Made by a program: the position numbers and the translations under genes | Source: Felis catus | Lineage: Eukaryota | DNA length: 64,000 nt | Reading direction: 5' to 3' | Assembly: GCF_018350175.1 (NCBI RefSeq) | Contig: NC_058368.1 | Location: 234,796,001-234,860,000, forward strand | In this document: piece by piece, positions 62,900-64,000 of the stretch | Layout of the letters: each line of letters opens with the position of its first letter | Numbering within the stretch: the first letter of the stretch is position 1 | Notes under the pieces: generated by a model | Told to the model about the DNA's origin: nothing | Databases searched by the model: none | The model's input: the letters and a program-made list of their open reading frames with translations, nothing else

Positions 62900-62926
<27 letters not shown>
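62900..62926. repeat. Poly(A) mononucleotide run
   Basis: About 27 A without an attached recognisable retroelement body. Confidence 0.9.
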
Positions 62927-62931
<5 letters not shown>

Positions 62932-64000
62932 GAAAAGGCCTTTTTCCGAGGAGCATGAGGAAACTCCAAATTAGCATATATTTGCAATCTTAGCCCTTCT
63001 GGGATGACTTTCAGGTTACGCTGCGTCAATCCCACCTGAAGAGGAAAGCCCAGGGTACCCATCATCCCCACGGGGAGGCGGTCTTGCGAGGAGGTCCTGG
63101 GGGCACAGCATCACTGCCGCTTCCAGGTCAGCATGCCGTGTCAAGGTCATGGTGGCTGTGAGGCTGGGCTGGGGGCCAAGAGCATCTGCCAGCAAAACAC
63201 GTTCCTAAGAGAAGAGCTACACCAGGCCACGGGTTGGGGGACCGAGCTGTAGCTGTTGGGACTGGTTGGGGGCACACCGCAGGGCTCCCAAGTTACAGCC
63301 CTGCCCTCCCATGGTTATTTTCTCCAGAAGGACGTGATAAGAATATGAGACGTGTATCTTTTTATGTCCATTTGCTTTCGCTTCTCCTCCTTCCAAACTC
63401 GGCTCCAGATCCCGTGGCAAACAAGCAGAAAACTGTTAACCCACAATCCCTTGTGCCTTCAGGATGGACGGGATAGATGAACGTGATGTTTTTTCAACCT
63501 TTGCAGGTAAACATGTTATTGGATAACATTTTTGAGCAAAGAGAAAAAAATGGCAGGTACAGATTTATGCATCTTTTAACTATGAAACGGTTTTCCAACG
63601 AGGAGCCTCCTTTTGAGGCTTTGATTTCAAGAGACTGGAGTGTGGCTGCAGGGCCCCAAAGTCCTCAACTCCCCGTAGGGCTGAGTCTCAGCCTCCAGGG
63701 ATGGCTGGGGGGGGGGGGCAGCCGAGGGGGCGCCGGGGGCCGTGATGTCACGTAGGCAGAGTGCATTGCTCAGCGTGGTGTTGATTGCCCATCTGAATTC
63801 TGCACTTGAGTTTGAAACGGCTGGAATTCACTTGATGTGAGGTGGCAGGGCAGCAGACGGTGGCAGCGTGGTTCAGGGGAGGTGAGCCTGGAAGGGTCAG
63901 GAGCCAGGATAGGCCACCTGCGTCCCCCTCCCCGCAGCCACCCGCTCGCTGCCCGCCCTGAGTCAGCAAAGGCAAAGGAGAGAGGGAGCAGTAGTCCAAC

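Noticed and set aside
63715..63736. CTCF-like gccgagggggcgcc
   Set aside because: Only the 3' half matches the CTCF core; not supportable without a PWM score or ChIP data
1..64000. Naming the host gene or chromosome; claiming a novel biological system
   Set aside because: No exon recognised; locus identity needs BLAT. Nothing in the sequence supports a new multi-component system beyond repeats and candidate regulatory elements

Overview
This is mammalian (carnivore, very probably felid/domestic cat) genomic DNA, not prokaryotic. The identification rests on about 30 tRNA-derived Can-SINE copies, five of them near-identical to the young Felis-type SINE with perfect target-site duplications (TSDs). 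I find no supportable protein-coding exon, RNA gene or CRISPR array; the longer ORFs in the track are explained by SINEs, microsatellites, a minisatellite or GC-rich chance ORFs. The window looks like a large intron or gene-poor intergenic interval. It holds (i) old eutherian repeats (L1M, L2, MIR, MLT1 and ERV1-type LTRs, MER5A/MER20/MER58A/Tigger2-type DNA transposons), (ii) younger carnivore SINE/L1 insertions, often nested, (iii) several tandem repeats (a ~0.9 kb 36-bp minisatellite, an ~18-bp G-rich minisatellite, a G-run tract) and (iv) several repeat-free islands rich in homeodomain/POU motifs or CpG that may be cis-regulatory elements. Repeat family names are from recall of consensus sequences, not a database search, and boundaries of old repeats are approximate. 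I did not find convincing evidence of a new biological system; the findings are modest, testable hypotheses.
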